A stretch of DNA of 64,000 nt, from assembly GCA_963705305.1 (NCBI GenBank), contig OY970067.1, positions 4,256,001-4,320,000 on the forward strand, in the 5' to 3' direction. Position numbers and translations under genes: made by a program. This DNA is from an uncultured Methylomirabilota bacterium (lineage in GTDB: Bacteria; Methylomirabilota; Methylomirabilia; Methylomirabilales; 2-02-FULL-66-22). The notes beneath the pieces are model-generated. The model made no database searches and was not told the DNA's origin. It saw nothing but the letters and a program-made list of their open reading frames with translations. Positions 11,896 to 21,925 of this stretch are shown one piece after another (within the stretch, counting starts at the first letter, position 1; every line of letters starts with the position of its first letter).

Positions 11896-13152
11896 ATGAA
11901 GCCGCGGGGCAGGAAGGCGGGGACGATTCGGCGCCGGGAATTTCTGAAGCTGGGAGGGGCGGCGGTTACGGCGGCGGCACTCGCGGGGGTCTGGACCCGG
12001 TCAAGCTGGGGCGCGACTGGCGGCGAACCGGTCCGCATCGGGGTGCTGGGCCCGCTCACGGATTTTACAGGACGAGACATCCTTCGGGCGGGTGAAATCG
12101 CGGCGGATGAGATCAACGCCGAGGGCGGGATCCTCGGGCGGCGGATCCAGCTCTTTTCGGCCGACTCTGAGGGAGTGCCGGAGAAGGCGATCCAGGCGTT
12201 TCAGCAACTGGCGGTTCGGGACCAGGTTCATGCCATTGTCGGCGGCTTCCGGAGCGGTGCCATCCTCGCCCTTGTGCCGTATGTGGCCCGCTTCCGCACG
12301 CCGTTCATCATCACTGGGGCTGCGAGTCCGGACATCCTGAAGCCGGTCGGAGAGAACTACAACAGCTTCAAGTACCTCTTCCGTGCCTGGGTGAATTCGG
12401 AGCGGCAGGCCCTCAGCCTCGCCTACGTTTGTCGCGACATTCTGCACAAGCAGGCCGGCCTCACCCGGTTCGCCCTGGACGCCGAGAACCTCAAATGGGC
12501 CCGCGATTACGCGGATGTGCTCAAAGCCAAGCTGCACGAGTACAACCTGGAGCTCGTCTACGAGACATACCACGATCCCGCCTCCACCGATTTCACCCCC
12601 GTGTTCAAGGCGGCCGAAGCGGCCAAGGCCCAGGCGCTTCTGGAGGTCATCTCCAACCAGGCGGGGTACGTGATCGTCAAGCAGTGGCACGACCAGCGGG
12701 CGCCCATGGCGTTGGCGGGCAACAACAATGCCTCCTACCTCATCTCCTCCTTCTGGAAGGACACGGAAGGCAAGTGCAAGTACGAGCTGTCCGCGTACAC
12801 CAAGGCCCCCCTGTCTACGAAATCGCTGCCCTTCTGGAATAAATTTGAAAAGCGGTACGGGGAGACCCCCTTCTACACGGGGACCGGCGCGTACGACGCG
12901 GTGTACCTCATCGCGGTGGCGGCGCAGGCGGCCAAATCCCTGGATCGGGATGCCCTGGTGGCGGCCCTGGAGAAGGTGGACTACGAGGGGGTGATTGGGC
13001 GCATCCGCTTCGACAAGCTCCACGAGGTCATCACGGGACCGGACGACGTCCCGGTCTCCTATGGCCAGTGGGTGGGCGATCGGCAGAAGGTCGCCATCTG
13101 GCCGGAGAAATTCGCCCAGGGCAAGTACCAGCCTCCCGCCTGGCTGAAATAG
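11896..13152 (+). CDS. ABC transporter substrate-binding protein (HAAT family), Tat-exported
   Basis: RRREFLK twin-arginine signal; AADEINAEGGILGRRIQL; AGGAGG RBS. Confidence 0.9.
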   Translation: MKPRGRKAGTIRRREFLKLGGAAVTAAALAGVWTRSSWGATGGEPVRIGVLGPLTDFTGRDILRAGEIAADEINAEGGILGRRIQLFSADSEGVPEKAIQAFQQLAVRDQVHAIVGGFRSGAILALVPYVARFRTPFIITGAASPDILKPVGENYNSFKYLFRAWVNSERQALSLAYVCRDILHKQAGLTRFALDAENLKWARDYADVLKAKLHEYNLELVYETYHDPASTDFTPVFKAAEAAKAQALLEVISNQAGYVIVKQWHDQRAPMALAGNNNASYLISSFWKDTEGKCKYELSAYTKAPLSTKSLPFWNKFEKRYGETPFYTGTGAYDAVYLIAVAAQAAKSLDRDALVAALEKVDYEGVIGRIRFDKLHEVITGPDDVPVSYGQWVGDRQKVAIWPEKFAQGKYQPPAWLK

Positions 13153-13210
13153 GCCGCACCGGTATCGCCTGCCGGGAGGGGCGGCCCCCTGCCTCTCCCG
13201 GCGGAGGGGC

Positions 13211-14080
13211 GTGATGGAGGTCGTCCTGACCATTGTCATCTTCGGGCTCGCCACCAGCGGAATCTACGCTCTCATGGCGGTGGGGGTTGCCCTCATCTAT
13301 GGCGTGGGACGCGTCATCAACTTCGCCCACGGCGCCTTCTATACCCTGGGCGCGTACTTCGCGTATTTCTACGCCAGCGTGTTGGGGCTAGGCTGGTGGA
13401 GCGGGGCGGTCTTGTCGGTGGCCAGCGTGGCGGCGCTGGCAGCCGTGTTCGACCGGCTGCTGGTGGATCCGCTGCGTGAAAAGGAGATCCTCGTCTGGAT
13501 CATGACCTTCGCCTTCGCCTTCGCCGTGCGCGAGCTGATCGTGCTGCTCTTCGGCGCTCGCCCCTATTCGATCCCCGCCTTCGCGCCGGGGAGCGTGTCG
13601 ATCTTCGGGCAGGTCATCGGGGCGCAGCGGCTGCTCATCGTGGTGGTCTCGGCACTTGCTATCGGGGCTCTGTGGGTGTTCCTGCAAAAGTGCCGGCTGG
13701 GCAAGGCCCTGCGGGCCGTCGCTTTCAACCGGACCGGGGCTCACCTCGTAGGCATCCCGGTGCAAACAGCCCACACCACGGTTATGGCCGTCTCGGCTGG
13801 TCTCGCCGCCCTGGCAGGCATCATCATCTCCCCCATCAACGTCGTCACGCCCGATATGGGGCTCGAGCCTCTCCTGATGTCCTTCACCATTGTGATCCTG
13901 GGGGGCATCGGAAGCCTCCGCGGGAGCCTGGTTGCCGCCCTCATCGTCGGATACGCCGGCGCTCTGGTGAGCTTCCTGTGGAATCCAGAGCTGGTGACGT
14001 TCATGGCCCTGATCCTGGTGTTCGGGGTCCTCATTGTTCGGCCGGCGGGCCTCTTCGGCCTGGCGGTCGAACGGGCGTAA
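13211..14080 (+). CDS. HAAT ABC transporter permease (LivH-like)
   Basis: YALMAVGVALIYGVGRVINFAHG, LGKALRAVA, VILGGIGS. Confidence 0.92.
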   Translation: MMEVVLTIVIFGLATSGIYALMAVGVALIYGVGRVINFAHGAFYTLGAYFAYFYASVLGLGWWSGAVLSVASVAALAAVFDRLLVDPLREKEILVWIMTFAFAFAVRELIVLLFGARPYSIPAFAPGSVSIFGQVIGAQRLLIVVVSALAIGALWVFLQKCRLGKALRAVAFNRTGAHLVGIPVQTAHTTVMAVSAGLAALAGIIISPINVVTPDMGLEPLLMSFTIVILGGIGSLRGSLVAALIVGYAGALVSFLWNPELVTFMALILVFGVLIVRPAGLFGLAVERA

Positions 14081-15094
14081 ATGACCGAGGCGCGCGGCAA
14101 CTCGATTCCCCTCCTGGAGGCAACTTCTGCCCGGCGCGGCATCCGCCTCGGGCGCTACTGGGCGCTCCTGCTCCTTCCTGTGGTGGCCCTGATCGGCTGG
14201 TACGGCGGCCAGCCCGTGACGATCACCCTCATCTACGGCGCGACCTGGGCGACCTACACCGTCGGCTACGACATGTTCTCCGGCTTTTCCGGCCGGATCA
14301 ACCTGGGATACGCCATGTTTCCGGCCACGGCGGCCTACACCTCCGCCGTGCTCAGCGTGCGGTTCAAGCTCTCCCCGCTCTTGAGCATCCCTGCCGGGAT
14401 CGCGGCCGCCCTACTTCTGGCGCTGGTGGTCGGTGGCTTGACACTGCGCATCCGGGGGATCTACTTCGCTCTCTCGACTTCCATCGTGCCCCTGGCCCTT
14501 TTCCAGCTCACCCACGTTTTCGGCAAATTTTTCGGCGGCGAGGAAGGCATCTGGGGCGTGCCTCCGCTTTTCGCCGATCCGCGCCACGACCTCCTGGCCA
14601 TGCTTCTCCTGCTCGGCTGCTCCATGGCGTTCGCCCTCTGGTACGTCCACTCCAAGGCCGGGCTGGTCCTGCGGGCAATCCAGGGTGGGGAGTTGACGGC
14701 GCAGGCCTTGGGCCTGAATACGTTCCGTTTCCTCCTCGCGAGCCTGCTCGCGTCGGCGGCCGTCGGCGGCGTGGCAGGCGCCTACCTGGCCCACTTTCAG
14801 ATGCTGGTCGCCCCGGACATCCTGGACATCATCACCACCCTGCAGATCATCACCTTCACCCAGATCGGAGGCCCGGGCACGATCGTGGGGCCGGTCCTGG
14901 GAAGTTTCCTGCTCATCGTCCTGAACGAGAACCTGCGCGCCTGGACTGATCTCCGGCTCTTTGCCTATTTCGCGACGCTGGTGCTGCTGCTGCGCTTCTC
15001 GCCGGATGGGCTGCTCGTCCCCGCCGCGCGGACCGCGGCTCGGCTGCTGCGCCGTGTCGGCCCTCGCCGCCGTCCCGGAAGGGGGGGCCCGTGA
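14081..15094 (+). CDS. HAAT ABC transporter permease (LivM-like)
   Basis: SGFSGRINLG, LRIRGIYFALST, IGGPGTIVGPVLG. Confidence 0.9.
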   Translation: MTEARGNSIPLLEATSARRGIRLGRYWALLLLPVVALIGWYGGQPVTITLIYGATWATYTVGYDMFSGFSGRINLGYAMFPATAAYTSAVLSVRFKLSPLLSIPAGIAAALLLALVVGGLTLRIRGIYFALSTSIVPLALFQLTHVFGKFFGGEEGIWGVPPLFADPRHDLLAMLLLLGCSMAFALWYVHSKAGLVLRAIQGGELTAQALGLNTFRFLLASLLASAAVGGVAGAYLAHFQMLVAPDILDIITTLQIITFTQIGGPGTIVGPVLGSFLLIVLNENLRAWTDLRLFAYFATLVLLLRFSPDGLLVPAARTAARLLRRVGPRRRPGRGGP

Positions 15095-15861
15095 ACCGCG
15101 ACGCTCTGGGGTCGCCGCCCGCCCTGCAGATCGACGGCGTGAGCAAGAATTTCGGGGGGCTGCTCGCGCTGGATGACGTTTACATCCGCATCGATCAGGG
15201 GGAGGTGATGGGGCTGATCGGACCGAACGGCGCCGGGAAAACCACCCTCTTCAACGTCATCAGCGGATTCGAGCGGCCGACCGGCGGGCAGGTCTTCTTT
15301 CAGGGTCATCCGGTGACCGGCCTCCCGCCGCACAGCATTGCCAGGCGCGGCCTGGCGCGGACGTTCCAGATCGTCCGCCCGTTCCCGGGCCTGGCGGTCC
15401 TGGAGAACCTGGCCCTCGGCGCCCTCAGCAATTCGATCCTCGACTCCGGCGGGGAGCTGGCCCGGGCTCGGGCCAGCGCGCTGGAAGTCGCCAAGCGCGT
15501 CGGCCTTCTCCCGTGGGTCGACCGCCTATCCACGACCCTTCCACATGGCCTGTTGAAGCGACTGGAGATCGGGCGAGCCGTCATGATGCGGCCGTCCCTG
15601 CTCCTGCTGGACGAGCCGTTTGCGGGGTTGGGCGGGCAAGAGGTCGACGAGGTGGCCGGTGTCATCTCGGAGCTGGGCGCCGGCGGGATGACGCTCGTGA
15701 TCATCGAGCACAAGCTGCGCGCCCTCATGCGCCTGGTCCGCCGGGTGATCGTCCTGAACTTCGGACGGCTGATCGCCGACGGCACCCCACAAGAGATCGG
15801 TGCCAACCCCCTGGTCCGGCAGGCATACCTGGGGGAGAAAGGGATAGCGGGATTTGCTTGA
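15091..15861 (+). CDS. HAAT ABC transporter ATPase (LivG-like)
   Basis: GPNGAGKTT, GLARTFQ, LLLLDEP, IIEH. Confidence 0.93.
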   Translation: MNRDALGSPPALQIDGVSKNFGGLLALDDVYIRIDQGEVMGLIGPNGAGKTTLFNVISGFERPTGGQVFFQGHPVTGLPPHSIARRGLARTFQIVRPFPGLAVLENLALGALSNSILDSGGELARARASALEVAKRVGLLPWVDRLSTTLPHGLLKRLEIGRAVMMRPSLLLLDEPFAGLGGQEVDEVAGVISELGAGGMTLVIIEHKLRALMRLVRRVIVLNFGRLIADGTPQEIGANPLVRQAYLGEKGIAGFA

Positions 15862-16561
15862 GGTTCGGAGTCTTTCGGTCCATTACGAAGGGGCGCTGGC
15901 CCTTCAGGGGGTGTCGCTGCGGGTGGGCGACGGGGAGGCCGTCTCCGTCATCGGGCCCAACGGGGCGGGGAAGACCTCCTTGCTCCGCGCCATTTCGGGG
16001 CTGGTCCCCTATGACGGCGATGTGCGGTATGGGGACGTCTCGCTGCGCGGCCTCCGGCCGGATCGGATTCTCCGGACGGGGGTTGTCCACTGCCCAGAGG
16101 CCGGAGAGTTGTTCGGCGAGATGAGCGTGGCGGAGAACCTCGAGATGGGCGCCTACACCGTTCGAGACTCCCGCGTTGTCCGGGAGTCTCTCGAACGGGT
16201 GCATGTCCTCTTTCCCCGCCTTCTGGAGCGAAAGCGTCAACTGGCGGGCACCTTGAGCGGAGGCGAGCGGCAGATGCTGGCAATCGCACGGAGCCTCATG
16301 AGCCGCCCGCATCTCCTCATGATGGACGAGCCATCCCTGGGCCTATCCCCCATGATGCGTGACCGGATTCAGGAGAGCATCCAGCGCATCCACCGGGATT
16401 GGCGGGTCTCCATCATCCTGGTGGAGCAGGATTCCTCCTTGGCCCTGGAGGTGGCCGAGCGCATTTATGTGCTGGATGGCGGTCACATTGTGAAGGAAGG
16501 CTCCCCCTCGGCCGTCGCCCAGGATCGGACAATCCGCGAGGTGTACCTGGGGGTAAGCTGA
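15854..16561 (+). CDS. HAAT ABC transporter ATPase (LivF-like)
   Basis: GPNGAGKTS, LSGGERQMLAIAR, MMDEPSLGLSP. Confidence 0.93.
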   Translation: MLEVRSLSVHYEGALALQGVSLRVGDGEAVSVIGPNGAGKTSLLRAISGLVPYDGDVRYGDVSLRGLRPDRILRTGVVHCPEAGELFGEMSVAENLEMGAYTVRDSRVVRESLERVHVLFPRLLERKRQLAGTLSGGERQMLAIARSLMSRPHLLMMDEPSLGLSPMMRDRIQESIQRIHRDWRVSIILVEQDSSLALEVAERIYVLDGGHIVKEGSPSAVAQDRTIREVYLGVS

Positions 16562-16625
16562 CGCGCGCGCCGCACGCGATCCGGCGATATAGCGGGGCTT
16601 CCCCCTTCCGCCCATGCCCGCCGCT

Positions 16626-17618
16626 TCAGCCGGCCAGGACCGCCTTGGGAATCATCGCGTGGACCCCTTTGTTTCCATTCACCACCTGGGTGACCCGCAG
16701 ATCCACGGCCAGGCTGGCCAAGGTGTAGGCGTCGTCGGGAGACAGCCCCGTGCTCCTGAGAAATGCGAGTGCATCCCGGAGAGCGATCTTGGCCGCCTCG
16801 TCGAGATCCCGGTGAAACCCCATGGCGATCCAGTGGCTGGGGGTTTCGCCCATCGGCCGCTCGAGCCGCATGTCCTTGCGCACCACGAAGCGTAGTCTCG
16901 CCTCGCGCAGCGCAGTTTCGGCGGCCGTGACGTTGACCTCTCCATCCCCCTGGGCCGCGTGGGCGTCCCCCGCGGAGAAAAGGGCCCCTCGAACATTCAC
17001 GGGCAGGTAGAGGGTCGCCCCCTCACCCAGCTCCTTGTTGTCGATGTTGCCGCCGAAGTAATCAGGAACGCCCGAGGGCCGCCTCTCGCCAGGATGGGGG
17101 GCCACCCCCATGATGCCCAGAAACGGCTTCAGGCGGACCCGAATCCCCGGAGCGGGCGACACGGTCATCGTCTCCAGGTCGAATTGCAGCGTCATGATCC
17201 GGCCGTTCGGAAATTCCTCGGGCAAGCCCCCTGCTTTGAAGCTGCCGGGCAGGTGATAGTTGACCCCGCCGTCTGCCAGCAACAGCCTCCCAATTCGGAC
17301 CTCCAGAACGTCTCCAGGCTCGGCCCCGCGGACGAAAATGGGACCCGTAAGTGTGTGCGGGCCCACGCCGCGATCCACATATCCCTGCCGCAGGGCCAGG
17401 AGCTCCCCCAGGCTCATCCCGCAGCGAAGCCGCCCGTCCATGAGCATCATGGTGCTGAGAACCACTGTATCCCCCGGGTCGATGCTCAGGACGGGGGAAA
17501 GCGCGCTGTCAAAATAGCCGGTATGGACTGTCTGCGGGCCGGCAAATAGCATGTGTTCTGTTGGCCGAGCACCCATGGCAGCTTCCTCCACCATGCGCCG
17601 AGTTCGTTCCGCCTCCAC
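16626..17618 (-). CDS. Acetamidase/formamidase family protein (start uncertain)
   Basis: GPHTLTGPIFVRGAEPGD, GGNIDNKEL, GDAHAAQGDGEV. Confidence 0.9.
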   Translation of the reverse strand: MEAERTRRMVEEAAMGARPTEHMLFAGPQTVHTGYFDSALSPVLSIDPGDTVVLSTMMLMDGRLRCGMSLGELLALRQGYVDRGVGPHTLTGPIFVRGAEPGDVLEVRIGRLLLADGGVNYHLPGSFKAGGLPEEFPNGRIMTLQFDLETMTVSPAPGIRVRLKPFLGIMGVAPHPGERRPSGVPDYFGGNIDNKELGEGATLYLPVNVRGALFSAGDAHAAQGDGEVNVTAAETALREARLRFVVRKDMRLERPMGETPSHWIAMGFHRDLDEAAKIALRDALAFLRSTGLSPDDAYTLASLAVDLRVTQVVNGNKGVHAMIPKAVLAG

Positions 17619-17685
17619 CTGCCAGCGCCGTCCATCTCATTCGAAATATGAATATCACGCCCGCCTTCCGGAGCGAACCGCAAAA

Positions 17686-18758
17686 TTAGGGGACGTTGCT
17701 TCTTTATTCGCTTTATGCTACGGTGACTCTGCCATGCCGCGCCAGCCGCGCCTCGACGCCCCCGGCGTCCTCCATCACGTGATGGTGAGAGGAATCGAGC
17801 GAACGTTCCTCTTTCGGGAAGACACCGACCGCGCGGATTTCGTTGCCCGCCTGGCCGCTCTTGCCGAGAAAGGGGCCCTGATCGTTTATGCCTGGGCCTT
17901 GCTTTCCAACCACGTTCACCTGTTAGTCCGCAGCGGTTCGCGCCCCCTGTCCCGGAGCTTGCGCAGTCTTCTCACCGGATACGCCGGGGCGTTCAACCGT
18001 CGCCACGGCCGCCGCGGCCACCTAGTCCAAAACCGCTATAAGTCCATCGTCGTCGAGGAGGAGCCCTACCTCCTGGAGCTGGTCCGTTACATTCATTTGA
18101 ATCCGATTCGGGCGGAGGTCATCCCCGATCTCCATGCGCTCGCCAGCTACCCCTGGACCGGACACACTGCCCTCTTAGGAACGATCCCTCGCCCCTGGCA
18201 GGCTACCGAGGCGATCTTGGCCGAATTCGGTCCCACCCTCGGCCACTCTCGCCGGGCCTACCAGGTCTTCGTCGCCGCAGGCATCTCCCTAGGCCGGCGC
18301 CCAGAGTTCCAAGGGGGCGGCCTGGTCCGGAGCCTCGGAGGCTGGACCGCCGTCCGGGCCCTTCGCCGGGGGCGAGAGGCGTACCAGGCCGACGAGCGAG
18401 TCCTCGGCAGCAGCGCCTTCATCGAGGAGCTGCGCCAGGAGGTAGAGTCTGGCACCCCGTCTCCCACGCGGCGTCTGGATGCGACGGCCCTCGTTGCCCG
18501 CGTGTGCGAGGCACTTCGTATCGATCCGGCGATTCTCTCTCAGGGGGGCCGCCGTCCGGCCGTCTGTCGAGCGCGTGAGGGAATTGCCTACCTGGCCATT
18601 GAGCGCTTCGGGCTCCCGGGGGTGTTGCTTGCCGCGCCCTTGGGGGTGCGGCCCGTGTCTGTGTACAAGGCTGCCCAGCGCGGGCGCGCCGACAGGGAAA
18701 AATGGGACGCGCTGGCGGAATAGGGTCATAAGGATAATAAAGAAGCAACGTCCCCTAA
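17686..18758 (+). mobile_element. RAYT/Y1-transposase element bounded by a perfect 23-bp inverted repeat
   Basis: TTAGGGGACGTTGCTTCTTTATT (17686-17708) and its exact reverse complement AATAAAGAAGCAACGTCCCCTAA (18736-18758). Confidence 0.85.
17734..18723 (+). CDS. REP-associated-type tyrosine (Y1/HUH) transposase with C-terminal HTH
   Basis: MPRQPRLDAPGVLHHVMVRG, HUH motif NHVHLL, RYKS, YIHLNP, YPWTGH. Confidence 0.9.
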   Translation: MPRQPRLDAPGVLHHVMVRGIERTFLFREDTDRADFVARLAALAEKGALIVYAWALLSNHVHLLVRSGSRPLSRSLRSLLTGYAGAFNRRHGRRGHLVQNRYKSIVVEEEPYLLELVRYIHLNPIRAEVIPDLHALASYPWTGHTALLGTIPRPWQATEAILAEFGPTLGHSRRAYQVFVAAGISLGRRPEFQGGGLVRSLGGWTAVRALRRGREAYQADERVLGSSAFIEELRQEVESGTPSPTRRLDATALVARVCEALRIDPAILSQGGRRPAVCRAREGIAYLAIERFGLPGVLLAAPLGVRPVSVYKAAQRGRADREKWDALAE

Positions 18759-18773
18759 ATGAGGGAGGAGGAG

Positions 18774-19793
18774 ATGGGCACACCGGAGGCTCTTGGTAAC
18801 AGGAGGCTGCGCATTGCCTTTGCTGGGGCGGGGGTGATCAGCGTCTTCCACCTGACCGGCTGGAGGCAGATGGCCAACGTCGAGGTCGTGGCGGTCTGTG
18901 ACCCGGTCAAGGAGAAGGCGGAGGCCCGCGCGCGCGAGTTCGGGATCCCGCGCGTGTACACCGACTTCTCAGAGATGCTGGACGCAGAGCACCCCGATGC
19001 CGTGGACATTGCCACCCCCGTAGCCACGCATGCGCCGCTCACCCGCCTGGCGGCCGACCGGGGCATTCATGTCATGTGCCAGAAGCCGATGACCCCCACG
19101 GTCGCCGAGGCCGAGGCCCTCATCGCCGCCGTGGGCGATCGCGTCCGCTTCATGGTGCACGAGAACTTCCGCTACCGCCCCCACTATGTCGAGGTCAAGC
19201 GGTGGCTGGCCGAGGGGCGGGTTGGATCGGCTCGGCACGTCCGGCTGGCTGTGCGGGGCGGAAGCATGGTCTCGGCCTCGGGGGAGATCCCCTCGCTCCT
19301 CGCGCGCCAGCCCTATCTGCAGGCCTTTCCTCGGATGCTGATCTTCGAGGTCCTCCTCCACCACCTCAACGTCCTGCGCTCCCTGCTCGGTCCCCTCCGC
19401 GTGGTGTGGGCGCGCGTCGACAAGGTGAACCAATCCCTCGCCGGCGAGGACGTCGCCCTCATCGCCCTGGAGGGAGGCGAAGGGCTGACCGCCGTCGTGG
19501 ATGGGAACCTCTCCGCCCCGGGCTACCCGCCCCTGCCGGTGGACCGGCTGGAGATCCTCGGCTTGCGAGGAACCCTGATCTTCGACGTCAACCGTCTCTA
19601 TCTGGTCGGGCGGGAGAGCGCCGCCGTCGGCTTCGACCTGGCCAAGAACTACCAGGCCTGCTTCACCACCTCGATCGGCGATTTCGTCTCGGGCCTGCGG
19701 ACCGGCGCGCCCTTCCAGACGGACCGGCTGGATAACCTGGAGAGCCTGCGCCTGATGGAGTCGGCCTACGTCGCCGCGGGGGTGCGATGGTGA
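18774..19793 (+). CDS. Gfo/Idh/MocA family oxidoreductase
   Basis: GAGVIS, VDIATPVATH, HVMCQKPM, HENFRY; GAGGAGGAG RBS. Confidence 0.92.
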   Translation: MGTPEALGNRRLRIAFAGAGVISVFHLTGWRQMANVEVVAVCDPVKEKAEARAREFGIPRVYTDFSEMLDAEHPDAVDIATPVATHAPLTRLAADRGIHVMCQKPMTPTVAEAEALIAAVGDRVRFMVHENFRYRPHYVEVKRWLAEGRVGSARHVRLAVRGGSMVSASGEIPSLLARQPYLQAFPRMLIFEVLLHHLNVLRSLLGPLRVVWARVDKVNQSLAGEDVALIALEGGEGLTAVVDGNLSAPGYPPLPVDRLEILGLRGTLIFDVNRLYLVGRESAAVGFDLAKNYQACFTTSIGDFVSGLRTGAPFQTDRLDNLESLRLMESAYVAAGVRW

Positions 19794-19923
19794 TTGACAG
19801 AACCCCGACGCTATAGCCGAACGGGAACACATCCCATGAAAACACCGCGGCCGCACCGAGAATTCCCGATGCGGCCGCAGCCGTTCCACTCCATCGCCTC
19901 CCGACGATCGGCCGGGGCGGCGT

Positions 19924-20551
19924 TTACTTACAGTACTTCTTGAACCGGTCGTTGATCCGGCCCCAGTGGAGCCCGGCCAGGAAATTGTCGATGTACTTCG
20001 CGCGGGCCGGGCCATCCTTGTGGTAGTAGGCGTGCTCGAACACGTCGCAGGCGATCAAGGGAATGCCGCCCCAGATGGCCCCGTACTGGTGCTCGTCCAC
20101 CAGGACGTTCAGCAGCCGCTGCGACATCAGGCCGTCGTAGACCAGCAGGCCCCATCCGCTCAGCTTGGCTGAGACGGCCGCCGCCTTGAAGTCGGCCTTC
20201 CAGGCGTCGAAGCTGCCGAAATCCCGCTCGATGGCCTTGTGGACCTCGGGCCCCTTCTTGGCGTCGCCGTCACCGCCCAGGACCTCCCAGTAGAACGTCG
20301 TGCAGCAGGGTCCCGGAGTGGTTCCAGGTAAACCGCCGCTTCAGCTCGCCGATGACGCTGTAGTTGCCGTTGGCCGCTGCCCGGTCGGCCGTCTCCAGCC
20401 CCTTCTCGATGTTGTTCAGCGCCGTCACGTACCCCTTGTGGTGGGTATTGTAGTGCCAGTCCGTTGTCTCCGGGCTGACGACGTTGACCAGAAGCTTCTT
20501 GGCCTCTTCATCCGAATACGGTCGCGGCTTCAGCTTCCATTCATATGCCAT
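19924..20551 (-). pseudogene. Fe/Mn superoxide dismutase, frameshifted near 20294 (probably an assembly error)
   Basis: WHYNTHHKGYV and WNHSGTLLH in one frame; YWEVL, DFGSFDAWK, SGWG, DVFEHAYY in another; one extra base in CAC GAC GTT C TAC TGG. Confidence 0.88.
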
Positions 20552-20594
20552 ATGCCCCTCCCCTCTCATCTCAAAGTGGTGTCGAAGTCTCCGG

Positions 20595-21116
20595 TCACGG
20601 ACGGAATCCCGATCCGGAGGGAGCGGGCTCGTACTGCTGGCCAGCCCCCAGGCCCGTGCCGGGCTGCAGCAGTTCCGGCCGCTGCTTGGCCGCTTCACGC
20701 AGCGGGAGCAGCAGCCGGTCCTTGCTGTAGATGAAATCGTCGCGATGGTACGAGGCCAGCTCGAACTCCTTGCCCATGAAGATGGCGTCCTCCGGGCAAG
20801 CCTCCTCGCACATGCCGCAGAAAATGCACCGCAGCATGTGGATCTTATACACCTTGGCGTACCGCTCTCCATGCGAGACGCGCCGCTCGTCGGTGTTCTC
20901 GGCCGCCTCGATGTAGATGGCGTCCGCAGGGCAAGCCACCGCGCACAGCTCGCAGCCCACGCACCGCTCCAGCCCATCCTCATCCTTCACCAGGAAGTGG
21001 CGTCCCCGGTAGCGCGGGGACAGCGGGAGCCGCTGCTCCGGGTAGGCAACGGTGACCGGCTTGCGGAAAACGTGCTTGAGAGTCGTCGCCAGGCCTTTGG
21101 CCAGTTCACTGAACAT
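20595..21116 (-). CDS. nuoI: NADH-quinone oxidoreductase subunit I (isolated copy)
   Basis: YPEQR..LSPRYRGRH, CVGCELCAVACP, CIFCGMCEEACP. Confidence 0.92.
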   Translation of the reverse strand: MFSELAKGLATTLKHVFRKPVTVAYPEQRLPLSPRYRGRHFLVKDEDGLERCVGCELCAVACPADAIYIEAAENTDERRVSHGERYAKVYKIHMLRCIFCGMCEEACPEDAIFMGKEFELASYHRDDFIYSKDRLLLPLREAAKQRPELLQPGTGLGAGQQYEPAPSGSGFRP

Positions 21117-21185
21117 GCACTCTCCTCGAGCGGTGCGCGAGCAGCGGCTCCGCGCTCCGCCGGCATGGATGGGCGGCCCGGCGGC

Positions 21186-21659
21186 TCAGCCGAGCTTCTT
21201 CACTGCTGCGGCCACCTCCTTGTAGTCCGGCTCCACCTTGGGCTCGGGAGCGACCCAGCGGTACCGAATGGTCCCCAATTTGTCGATCACGAACACCGAT
21301 CGCTTGGCCACGGTGAAGCCCTTCACCCCGGCCAGATCGTTGAAGACCACGTCGTACATTCGGATGGTCTCGCGGCCGATATCCGACAGCAGCGGGAAGT
21401 TCAAGCCGTTCTTGGCAGCGAACTCCTTGTTGGCGAACGGCGAGTCCACGCTCACGCCGAGGACGGAGGTATTGGCGCTGCCGAAGTCATTCAGCTGGTC
21501 GCGGAAGGTGCACATCTCCTTCTCGCAGACCCCGGTGAAGGCCGCCGGGTAGAACGCCAGGACAACGTTCTTCCCCGCGTAGCTCGCCAGGCTGACCGCC
21601 TTCAGATCCGTTCCGACCAGGGTAAAATCCGGGGCTTTCTGTCCAACGTCTGCCGCCAT
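21186..21659 (-). CDS. Peroxiredoxin (AhpC/TSA family)
   Basis: [36 protein letters not shown]. Confidence 0.92.
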   Translation of the reverse strand: MAADVGQKAPDFTLVGTDLKAVSLASYAGKNVVLAFYPAAFTGVCEKEMCTFRDQLNDFGSANTSVLGVSVDSPFANKEFAAKNGLNFPLLSDIGRETIRMYDVVFNDLAGVKGFTVAKRSVFVIDKLGTIRYRWVAPEPKVEPDYKEVAAAVKKLG

Positions 21660-21689
21660 GGTTTGCTCCTTTTTGGGTAAAACAGTTAA

Positions 21690-21925
21690 TCGATTCGAAG
21701 TTCTAGGTTCCTAGTTCGAGGTTCATGCGTCGCGGTTCTAGGTTCGAGGTTCTAGGTTTGAGAACCGCCAACATCGAACCGCAGCACCTACAACTGTCAT
21801 TACTCACGGTTCCGGGTTCGAGGTTCGAGGCTTTTCCCCAACTGCAGCACCTCGAACCGCAGCACGTCGAACCGCAGCACCTAGAACCGTCTTTCCCCGC
21901 ACCTCGAACCGCCGCACTTAGAACC
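21690..21925. repeat. Heptamer (GGTTCGA/GGTTCTA) plus 15-mer (CACCTCGAACCGCAG) mosaic repeat, family A
   Basis: Tandem ggttcga/ggttcta units facing inverted cctcgaaccgcagca units; related blocks at 34408-34480 and 36105-36248. Confidence 0.85.

Noticed and set aside
21690..21925. CRISPR array in the short-period repeats
   Set aside because: Units are 7-15 nt, tandem and degenerate, with no unique 30-40-nt spacers.
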